Shown here: in pieces, positions 44,582 through 57,000 of the stretch
How the letters are laid out: the number at the start of each line of letters is the position of its first letter
Position numbering within the stretch: position 1 is the first letter of the stretch
Assembly (NCBI RefSeq): GCF_009914755.1
Contig: NC_060925.1
DNA: 64,000 nucleotides
Reading direction: 5' to 3' (one strand)
From: the human T2T-CHM13v2.0 reference genome, Homo sapiens
Program-made: the position numbers and the translations under genes
Notes under the pieces: model-generated
What the model saw: only the letters and a program-made list of their open reading frames with translations
What the model was told of the DNA's origin: nothing
Databases searched by the model: none

Positions 44582-46357
44582 GAATCTAATGGAATCATTG
44601 AACAGAATTGAATGGAATCGTCATCGAATGAATTGAATGCAATCATCGAATGGTCTCGAATGGAATCATCTTCTAATGGAAAGGAATGGAATCATCGCAT
44701 AGAATCGAATGGAATTATCATCGAATGGAATCGAATGGTATCAACACCAAACGGAAAAAAACGGAATTATCGAATGGAATCGAAGAGAATCTTCGAACGG
44801 ACCCGAATGGAATCATCTAATGGAATGGAATGGAATAATCCATGGACTCGAATGCAATCATCATCGAATGGAATCGAATGGAATCATCGAATGGACTCGA
44901 ATGGAATAATCATTGAACGGAATCGATTGGAATCATCATCGGATGGAAACGAATGGAATCATCATCGAATGGAAATGAAAGGAGTCATCATCTAATGGAA
45001 TTGCATGGAATCATCATAAAATGGAATCGAATGGAATCAACATCAAATGGAATCAAATGGAATCATTGAACGGAATTGAATGGAATCGTCATCGAATGAA
45101 TTGACTGCAATCATCCAATGGTCTCGAATGGAATCATCTTCAAATGGAATGGAATGGAATCATCGCATAGAATCGAATGGAATTATCATCGAATGGAATC
45201 GAATGGAATCAACATCCAACGGAAAAAAACGGAATTATCGAATGGAATCGAAGAGAATCATCGAATGGACCCGAATGGAATCATCTAATGGAATGGAATG
45301 GAATAATCCATGGACTCGAATGCAATCATCATCGAATGGAATCGAATGGAATCATCGAATGGACTCGAATGGAATAATCATTGAACGGAATCGAATGGAA
45401 TCATCATCGGATGGAAATGAATGGAATCATCATCGAATGGAATCGAATAGAATTATGGAATGAAATCCAGTGTGATCATCATCGAATGGACCCGAATGGA
45501 ATCATCATCCAACGGAAGCTAATGGAATCAACATCGAATGAATCAAATGGAAACACCATCGAATTGAAACGAATGGAATTATCATGAAATTGAAATGGAT
45601 GGACTCATCATCGAATGGATTCGAATGGAATCATCGAATAAAATTGATTGAAATCATCATCCAATGGAATCGAATGGTATCATTGAATGGAATCGAATGG
45701 AATCATCATCAGATGGAAATGAATGGAATCGTCATAGAATGGAATCGAATGGATTCATTGAATGGAATCAGATGGAATCATCGAATGGACTGGAATGGAA
45801 TCATTGAATGGACTCGAAAGGGATCATGATTGAATGGAATTGAATGGAATCATCGAATGGTCTCGATTGGAATCATTATCAAATGGAATCGAATGGAATC
45901 ACCGAATAGAATCGAATGGAACAATCATCGAATGGACTCAAATGGAATTATCCTCCAATGGAATCGAATGGAATTATCGAATGCAATCGAATGGAATTAT
46001 CGAATGCAATCGAATAGAATCATCGAATGGACTCGAATGGAATCATCGAATGGAATGGAATGGAACAGTCAATGAACTCGAATGGAATCATCATTGAATG
46101 GAATCGAATGGAATCATCGAGTGGAATCGAATGGAATTATGATCAAATGGAATCGAATGTAATCATCATCAAATGGAATCAAAAATAACCATCATCAATT
46201 GGTATTGAATGGAATTGTCATCAAATGGAATTCAAAGGAATCATCATCAAATGGAACCGAATGGAATCCTCATTGAATGGAAATGAAAGGGGTCATCATC
46301 TAATGGAATCGCATGGAATCATCATCAAATGGAATCGAATGGAATCATCATCAAATG

Positions 46358-48138
46358 GAATCTAATGGAATCATTGAACAGAATTGAATGGAATCGTCAT
46401 CGAATGAATTGAATGCAATCATCGAATGGTCTCGAATGGAATCATCTTCTAATGGAAAGGAATGGAATCATCGCATAGAATCGAATGGAATTATCATCGA
46501 ATGGAATCGAATGGTATCAACACCAAACGGAAAAAAACGGAATTATCGAATGGAATCGAAGAGAATCTTCGAACGGACCCGAATGGAATCATCTAATGGA
46601 ATGGAATGGAATAATCCATGGACTCGAATGCAATCATCATCGAATGGAATCGAATGGAATCATCGAATGGACTCGAATGGAATAATCATTGAACGGAATC
46701 GATTGGAATCATCATCGGATGGAAACGAATGGAATCATCATCGAATGGAAATGAAAGGAGTCATCATCTAATGGAATTGCATGGAATCATCATAAAATGG
46801 AATCGAATGGAATCAACATCAAATGGAATCAAATGGAATCATTGAACGGAATTGAATGGAATCGTCATCGAATGAATTGACTGCAATCATCCAATGGTCT
46901 CGAATGGAATCATCTTCAAATGGAATGGAATGGAATCATCGCATAGAATCGAATGGAATTATCATCGAATGGAATCGAATGGAATCAACATCCAACGGAA
47001 AAAAACGGAATTATCGAATGGAATCGAAGAGAATCATCGAATGGACCCGAATGGAATCATCTAATGGAATGGAATGGAATAATCCATGGACTCGAATGCA
47101 ATCATCATCGAATGGAATCGAATGGAATCATCGAATGGACTCGAATGGAATAATCATTGAACGGAATCGAATGGAATCATCATCGGATGGAAATGAATGG
47201 AATCATCATCGAATGGAATCGAATAGAATTATGGAATGAAATCCAGTGTGATCATCATCGAATGGACCCGAATGGAATCATCATCCAACGGAAGCTAATG
47301 GAATCAACATCGAATGAATCAAATGGAAACACCATCGAATTGAAACGAATGGAATTATCATGAAATTGAAATGGATGGACTCATCATCGAATGGATTCGA
47401 ATGGAATCATCGAATAAAATTGATTGAAATCATCATCGAATGGAATCGAATGGTATCATTGAATGGAATCGAATGGAATCATCATCAGATGGAAATGAAT
47501 GGAATCGTCATAGAATGGAATCGAATGGATTCATTGAATGGAATCAGATGGAATCATCGAATGGACTGGAATGGAATCATTGAATGGACTCGAAAGGGAT
47601 CATGATTGAATGGAATTGAATGGAATCATCGAATGGTCTCGATTGGAATCATTATCAAATGGAATCGAATGGAATCACCGAATAGAATCGAATGGAACAA
47701 TCATCGAATGGACTCAAATGGAATTATCCTCAAATGGAATCGAATGGAATTATCGAATGCAAACGAATGGAATTATCGAATGCAATCGAATAGAATCATC
47801 GAATGGACTCGAATGGAATCATCGAATGGAATGGAATGGAATGGAACAGTCAATGAACTCGAATGGAATCATCATTGAATGGAATCGAATGGAATCATCG
47901 AGTAGAATCGAATGGAATTATGATCAAATGGAATCGAATGTAATCATCATCAAATGGAATCAAAAATAACCATCATCAATTGGTATTGAATGGAATTGTC
48001 ATCAAATGGAATTCAAAGGAATCATCATCAAATGGAACCTAATGGAATCCTCATTGAATGGAAATGAAAGGGGTCATCATCTAATGGAATCGCATGGAAT
48101 CATCATCAAATGGAATCGAATGGAATCATCATCAAATG
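46358..48138 (+). repeat. 1781-bp unit (unit 28) with one extra GGAAT pentamer
   Basis: Spacing 46388 to 48169 is 1781. It has an extra atgga before acagtc at ~47826-47850 and the linked gagtagaatc at ~47900. Confidence 0.9.
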
Positions 48139-51100
48139 GAATCTAATGGAATCATTGAACAGAATTGAATGGAATCGTCATCGAATGAATTGAATGCAAT
48201 CATCGAATGGTCTCGAATGGAATCATCTTCTAATGGAAAGGAATGGAATCATCGCATAGAATCGAATGGAATTATCATCGAATGGAATCGAATGGTATCA
48301 ACACCAAACGGAAAAAAACGGAATTATCGAATGGAATCGAAGAGAATCTTCGAACGGACCCGAATGGAATCATCTAATGGAATGGAATGGAATAATCCAT
48401 GGACTCGAATGCAATCATCATCGAATGGAATCGAATGGAATCATCGAATGGACTCGAATGGAATAATCATTGAACGGAATCGAATGGAATCATCATCGGA
48501 TGGAAACGAATGGAATCATCATCGAATGGAAATGAAAGGAGTCATCATCTAATGGAATTGCATGGAATCATCATAAAATGGAATCGAATGGAATCAACAT
48601 CAAATGGAATCAAATGGAATCATTGAACGGAATTGAATGGAATCGTCATCGAATGAATTGACTGCAATCATCCAATGGTCTCGAATGGAATCATCTTCAA
48701 ATGGAATGGAATGGAATCATCGCATAGAATCGAATGGAATTATCGTCGAATGGAATCGAATGGAATCAACATCAAATGGAAAAACACGGAATTATCGAAT
48801 GGAATCGAAGAGAATCATCGAATGGACCCGAATGGAATCATCTAATGGAATGGAATGGAATAATCCATGGACTCGAATGCAATCATCATCGAATGGAATC
48901 GAATGGAATCATCGAATGGACTCGAATGGAATAATCATTGAACGGAATCGAATGGAATCATCATCGGATGGAAATGAATGGAATCATCATCGAATGGAAT
49001 CGAATAGAATTATGGAATGAAATCCAGTGTGATCATCATCGAATGGACCCGAATGGAATCATCATCCAACGGAAGCTAATGGAATCAACATCGAATGAAT
49101 CAAATGGAAACACCATCGAATTGAAACGAATGGAATTATCATGAAATTGAAATGGATGGACTCATCATCGAATGGATTCGAATGGAATCATCGAATAAAA
49201 TTGATTGAAATCATCATCGAATGGAATCGAATGGTATCATTGAATGGAATCGAATGGAATCATCATCAGATGGAAATGAATGGAATCGTCATAGAATGGA
49301 ATCGAATGGATTCATTGAATGGAATCAGATGGAATCATCGAATGGACTGGAATGGAATCATTGAATGGACTCGAAAGGGATCATGATTGAATGGAATTGA
49401 ATGAAATCATCGAATGGTCTCGATTGGAATCATTATCAAATGGAATCGAATGGAATCACCGAATAGAATCGAATGGAACAATCATCGAATGGACTCAAAT
49501 GGAATTATCCTCCAATGGAATCGAATGGAATTATCGAATGCAATCGAATGGAATTATCGAATGCAATCGAATAGAATCATCGAATGGACTCGAATGGAAT
49601 CATCGAATGGAATGGAATGGAACAGTCAATGAACTCGAATGGAATCATCATTGAATGGAATCGAATGGAATCATCGAGTGGAATCGAATGGAATTATGAT
49701 CAAATGGAATCGAATGTAATCATCATCAAATGGAATCAAAAATAACCATCATCAATTGGTATTGAATGGAATTGTCATCAAATGGAATTCAAAGGAATCA
49801 ATATCAAATGGAACCGAATGGAATCCTCATTGAATGGAAATGAAAGGGGTCATCATCTAATGGAATCGCATGGAATCATCATCAAATGGAATCGAATGGA
49901 ATCATCATCAAATGGAATCTAATGGAATCATTGAACAGAATTGAATGGAATCGTCATCGAATGAATTGAATGCAATCATCGAATGGTCTCGAATGGAATC
50001 ATCTTCTAATGGAAAGGAATGGAATCATCGCATAGAATCGAATGGAATTATCATCGAATGGAATCGAATGGTATCAACACCAAACGGAAAAAAACGGAAT
50101 TATCGAATGGAATCGAAGAGAATCTTCGAACGGACCCGAATGGAATCATCTAATGGAATGGAATGGAATAATCCATGGACTCGAATGCAATCATCATCGA
50201 ATGGAATCGAATGGAATCATCGAATGGACTCGAATGGAATAATCATTGAACGGAATCGATTGGAATCATCATCGGATGGAAACGAATGGAATCATCATCG
50301 AATGGAAATGAAAGGAGTCATCATCTAATGGAATTGCATGGAATCATCATAAAATGGAATCGAATGGAATCAACATCAAATGGAATCAAATGGAATCATT
50401 GAACGGAATTGAATGGAATCGTCATCGAATGAATTGACTGCAATCATCCAATGGTCTCGAATGGAATCATCTTCAAATGGAATGGAATGGAATCATCGCA
50501 TACAATCGAATGGAATTATCATCGAATGGAATCGAATGGAATCAACATCCAACGGAAAAAAACGGAATTATCGAATGGAATCGAAGAGAATCATCGAATG
50601 GACCCGAATGGAATCATCTAATGGAATGGAATGGAATAATCCATGGACTCGAATGCAATCATCATCGAATGGAATCGAATGGAATCATCGAATGGACTCG
50701 AATGGAATAATCATTGAACGGAATCGAATGGAATCATCATCGGATGGAAATGAATGGAATCATCATCGAATGGAATCGAATAGAATTATGGAATGAAATC
50801 CAGTGTGATCATCATCGAATGGACCCGAATGGAATCATCATCCAACGGAAGCTAATGGAATCAACATCGAATGAATCAAATGGAAACACCATCGAATTGA
50901 AACGAATGGAATTATCATGAAATTGAAATGGATGGACTCATCATCGAATGGATTCGAATGGAATCATCGAATAAAATTGATTGAAATCATCATCGAATGG
51001 AATCGAATGGTATCATTGAATGGAATCGAATGGAATCATCATCAGATGGAAATGAATGGAATCGTCATAGAATGGAATCGAATGGATTCATTGAATGGAA

Positions 51101-51690
51101 TCAGATGGAATCATCGAATGGACTGGAATGGAATCATTGAATGGACTCGAAAGGGATCATTATTGAATGGAATTGAATGGAATCATCGAATGGTCTCGAT
51201 TGGAATCATTATCAAATGGAATCGAATGGAATCACCGAATAGAATCGAATGGAACAATCATCGAATGGACTCAAATGGAATTATCCTCCAATGGAATCGA
51301 ATGGAATTATCGAATGCAATCGAATGGAATTATCGAATGCAATCGAATAGAATCATCGAATGGACTCGAATGGAATCATCGAATGGAATGGAATGGAACA
51401 GTCAATGAACGCGAATGGAATCATTATTGAATGGAATCGAATGGAATCATCGAGTGGAATCGAATGGAATTATGATCAAATGGAATCGAATGTAATCATC
51501 ATCAAATGGAATCAAAAATAACCATCATCAATTGGTATTGAATGGAATTGTCATCAAATGGAATTCAAAGGAATCATCATCAAATGGAACCGAATGGAAT
51601 CCTCATTGAATGGAAATGAAAGGGGTCATCATCTAATGGAATCGCATGGAATCATCATCAAATGGAATCGAATGGAATCATCATCAAATG

Positions 51691-54081
51691 GAATCTAATG
51701 GAATCATTGAACAGAATTGAATGGAATCGTCATCGAATGAATTGAATGCAATCATCGAATGGTCTCGAATGGAATCATCTTCTAATGGAAAGGAATGGAA
51801 TCATCGCATAGAATCGAATGGAATTATCATCGAATGGAATCGAATGGTATCAACACCAAACGGAAAAAAACGGAATTATCGAATGGAATCGAAGAGAATC
51901 ATCGAATGGTCTCGAATGGAATCATCTTCTAATGGAAAGGAATGGAATCATCGCATAGAATCGAATGGAATTAACATTGAATGGACTCGAATGGAATCAA
52001 CATCAAATGGAATCAAGCGGAATTATCGAATGAAATCGAAGAGAATCATCGAATGGACTCGAATGGAATCATCTAATGGAATGGAATGGAATAATCCACG
52101 GACTCGAATGCAATCATCATCGTATAGAATCGAATGGAATCATCGAATGGACTCGAATGGAATAATCATTGAACGGAATCGAATGGAATCATCATCGGAT
52201 GGAAACGAATGGAATCATCATCGAATGGAAATGTAAGGAGTCATCATCTAATGGAATTGCATGGAATCATCATAAAATGGAATCGAATGGAATCATCATC
52301 ATATGGAATCAAATGGAATCATTGAACGGAATTGAATGGAATCGTCATCGAATGAATTGACTGCAATCATCGAATGGTCTCGAATGGAATCATCTTCAAA
52401 TGGAATGGAATGGCATCATCGCATAGAATTGAATGGAATTATCATCGAATGGAATCGAAAGGAATCAACATCAAACGGAAAAAAACGGAATTATCGAATG
52501 GAATCGAAGAGAATCGTCGAACGGACCCGAATGGAATCATCTAATGGAATGGAATGGAATAATCCATGGACTCGAATGCAATCATCATCGAATGGAATCG
52601 AATGGAATCATCGAATGGACTCGAATGGAATAATCATTGTACGGAATCGAATGGAATCATCATCAGATGGAAACGAATGGAATCATCATCGAATGGAAAT
52701 GAAAGGAGTCATCATCTAATGGAATTGCATGGAATCATCATAAAATGGAATCGAATGGAATCAACATCAAATGGAATCAAATGGAATCATTGAACGGAAT
52801 TGAATGGAATCGTCATCGAATGAATTGACTGCAATCATCGAATGGTCTCGAATGGAATCATCTTCAAATGGAATGAAATGGAATCATCGCATAGAATCGA
52901 ATGGAATTATCATCGAATGGAATCGAATGGAATCAACATCAAACGGAAAAAAACGGAATTATCGTATGGAATCGAAGAGAATCATCGAATGGACCCGAAT
53001 GGAATCATCTAATGGAATGGAATGGAATAATCCATGGACTCGAATGCAATCATCATCGCATGGAATCGAATGGAATCATCGAATGGACTCGAATGGAATA
53101 ATCATTGAACGGAATCGAATGGAATCATCATCGGATGGAAATGAATGGAATCATCATCGAATGGAATCGAATAGAATTATGGAATGAAATCCAGTGTGAT
53201 CATCATCGAATGGACCCGAATGGAATCATCATCCAACGGAAGCTAATGGAATCAACATCGAATGAATCGAATGGAAACACCATCGAATTGAAACGAATGG
53301 AATTATCATGAAATTGAAATGGATGGACTCATCATCGAATGGATTCGAATGGAATCATCGAATAAAATTGATTGAAATCATCATCCAATGGAATCGAATG
53401 GTATCATTGAATGGAATCGAATGGAATCATCATCAGATGGAAATGAATGGAATCGTCATAGAATGGAATCGAATGGATTCATTGAATGGAATCAGATGGA
53501 ATCATCGAATGGACTGGAATGGAATCATTGAATGGACTCGAAAGGGATCATTATTGAATGGAATTGAATGGAATCATCGAATGGTCTCGATTGGAATCAT
53601 TATCAAATGGAATCGAATGGAATCACCGAATAGAATGGAATGGAACAATCATCGAATGGACTCAAATGGAATTATCCTCCAATGGAATCGAATGGAATTA
53701 TCGAATGCAATCGAATGGAATTATCGAATGCAATCGAATAGAATCATCGGATGGACTCGAATGGAATCATCGAATGGAATGGAATGGAACAGTCAATGAA
53801 CTCGAATGGAATCATCATTGAATGGAATCGAATGTAATCATCGAGTGGAATCGAATGGAATTATGATCAAATGGAATCGAATGTAATCATCATCAAATGG
53901 AATCAAAAATAACCATCATCAATTGGTATTGAATGGAATTGTCATCAAATGGAATTCAAAGGAATCATCATCAAATGGAACCGAATGGAATCCTCATTGA
54001 ATGGAAATGAAAGGGGTCATCATCTAATGGAATCGCATGGAATCATCATCAAATGGAATCGAATGGAATCATCATCAAATG
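51691..54081 (+). repeat. Expanded 2391-bp unit (unit 31) with an extra 147 bp, an extra 468-bp subunit and diverged sequence
   Basis: Spacing 51721 to 54112 is 2391 = 1776+147+468. Subunit starts fall at 51721, at an out-of-register restart near 51897, at 52336 and at 52804. Confidence 0.92.
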
Positions 54082-57000
54082 GAATCTAATGGAATCATTG
54101 AACAGAATTGAATGGAATCGTCATCGAATGAATTGAATGCAATCATCGAATGGTCTCGAATGGAATCATCTTCTAATGGAAAGGAATGGAATCATCGCAT
54201 AGAATCGAATGGAATTATCATCGAATGGAATCGAATGGTATCAACACCAAACGGAAAAAAACGGAATTATCGAATGGAATCGAAGAGAATCTTCGAACGG
54301 ACCCGAATGGAATCATCTAATGGAATGGAATGGAATAATCCATGGACTCGAATGCAATCATCATCGAATGGAATCGAATGGAATCATCGAATGGACTCGA
54401 ATGGAATAATCATTGAACGGAATCGAATGGAATCATCATCGGATGGAAACGAATGGAATCATCATCGAATGGAAATGAAAGGAGTCATCATCTAATGGAA
54501 TTGCATGGAATCATCATAAAATGGAATCGAATGGAATCAACATCAAATGGAATCAAATGGAATCATTGAACGGAATTGAATGGAATCGTCATCGAATGAA
54601 TTGACTGCAATCATCCAATGGTCTCGAATGGAATCATCTTCAAATGGAATGGAATGGAATCATCGCATAGAATCGAATGGAATTATCATCGAATGGAATC
54701 GAATGGAATCAACATCAAACGGAAAAAAACGGAATTATCGAATGGAATCGAAGAGAATCATCGAATGGACCCGAATGGAATCATCTAATGGAATGGAATG
54801 GAATAATCCATGGACTCGAATGCAATCATCATCGAATGGAATCGAATGGAATCATCGAATGGACTCGAATGGAATAATCATTGAACGGAATCGAATGGAA
54901 TCATCATCGGATGGAAATGAATGGAATCATCATCGAATGGAATCGAATAGAATTATGGAATGAAATCCAGTGTGATCATCATCGAATGGACCCGAATGGA
55001 ATCATCATCCAACGGAAGCTAATGGAATCAACATCGAATGAATCGAATGGAAACACCATCGAATTGAAACGAATGGAATTATCATGAAATTGAAATGGAT
55101 GGACTCATCATCGAATGGATTCGAATGGAATCATCGAATAAAATTGATTGAAATCATCATCGAATGGAATCGAATGGTATCATTGAATGGAATCGAATGG
55201 AATCATCATCAGATGGAAATGAATGGAATCGTCATAGAATGGAATCGAATGGATTCATTGAATGGAATCAGATGGAATCATCGAATGGACTGGAATGGAA
55301 TCATTGAATGGACTCGAAAGGGATCATGATTGAATGGAATTGAATGGAATCATCGAATGGTCTCGATTGGAATCATTATCAAATGGAATCGAATGGAATC
55401 ACCGAATAGAATCGAATGGAACAATCATCGAATGGACTCAAATGGAATTATCCTCAAATGGAATCGAATGGAATTATCGAATGCAATCGAATGGAATTTT
55501 CGAATGCAATCGAATAGAATCATCGAATGGACTCGAATGGAATCATCGAATGGAATGGAATGGAACAGTCAATGAACACGAATGGAATCATCATTGAATG
55601 GAATCGAATGGAATCATCGAGTGGAATCGAATGGAATTATGATCAAATGGAATCGAATGTAATCATCATCAAATGGAATCAAAAATAACCATCATCAATT
55701 GGTATTGAATGGAATTGTCATCAAATGGAATTCAAAGGAATCATCATCAAATGGAACCGAATGGAATCCTCATTGAATGGAAATGAAAGGGGTCATCATC
55801 TAATGGAATCGCATGGAATCATCACCAAATGGAATCGAATGGAATCATCATCAAATGGAATCTAATGGAATCATTGAACAGAATTGAATGGAATCGTCAT
55901 CAAATGAATTGAATGCAATCATCGAATGGTCTCGAATGGAATCATCTTCTAATGGAAAGGAATGGAATCATCGCATAGAATCGAATGGAATTATCATCGA
56001 ATGGAATCGAATGGTATCAACACCAAACGGAAAAAAACGGAATTATCGAATGGAATCGAAGAGAATCTTCGAACGGACCCGAATGGAATCATCTAATGGA
56101 ATGCAATGGAATAATCCATGGACTCGAATGCAATCATCATCGAATGGAATCGAATGGAATCATCGAATGGACTCGAATGGAATAATCATTGAACGGAATC
56201 GAATGGAATCATCATCGGATGGAAACGAATGGAATCATCATCGAATGGAAATGAAAGGAGTCATCATCTAATGCAATTGCATGGAATCATCATCAAATGG
56301 AATCGAATGGAATCAACATCAAATGGAATCAAATGGAATCATTGAACGGAATTGAATGGAATCGTCATCGAATGAATTGACTGCAATCATCCAATGGTCT
56401 CGAATGGAATCATCTTCAAATGGAATGGAATGGAATCATCGCATAGAATCGAATGGAATTATCATCGAATGGAATCGAATGGAATCAACATCCAACGGAA
56501 AAAAACGGAATTATCGAATGGAATCGAAGAGAATCATCGAATGGACCCGAATGGAATCATCTAATGGAATGGAATGGAATAATCCATGGACTCGAATGCA
56601 ATCATCATCGAATGGAATCGAATGGAATCATCGAATGGACTCGAATGGAATAATCATTGAACGGAATCGAATGGAATCATCATCGGATGGAAATGAATGG
56701 AATCATCATCGAATGGAATCGAATAGAATTATGGAATGAAATCCAGTGTGATCATCATCGAATGGACCCGAATGGAATCATCATCCAACGGAAGCTAATG
56801 GAATCAACATCGAATGAATCGAATGGAAACACCATCGAATTGAAACGAATGGAATTATCATGAAATTGAAATGGATGGACTCATCATCGAATGGATTCGA
56901 ATGGAATCATGGAATAAAATTGATGGAAATCATCATCCAATGGAATCGAATGGTATCATTGAATGGAATCGAATGGAATCATCATCAGATGGAAATGAAT

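Noticed and set aside
51750-51897. 147-bp register shift equals the nucleosome core length
   Set aside because: It is explained by existing internal similarity between unit positions ~60 and ~207 (aatcatcgaatggtctcg vs aatc(t/a)tcgaa(c/t)ggacccg). A single event cannot support a nucleosome link.
51721-52236. Longest ORF (171 aa) as a novel gene
   Set aside because: It is a by-product of the in-frame 147-bp re-entry into the A subunit and has the same low-complexity composition as the other ORFs.
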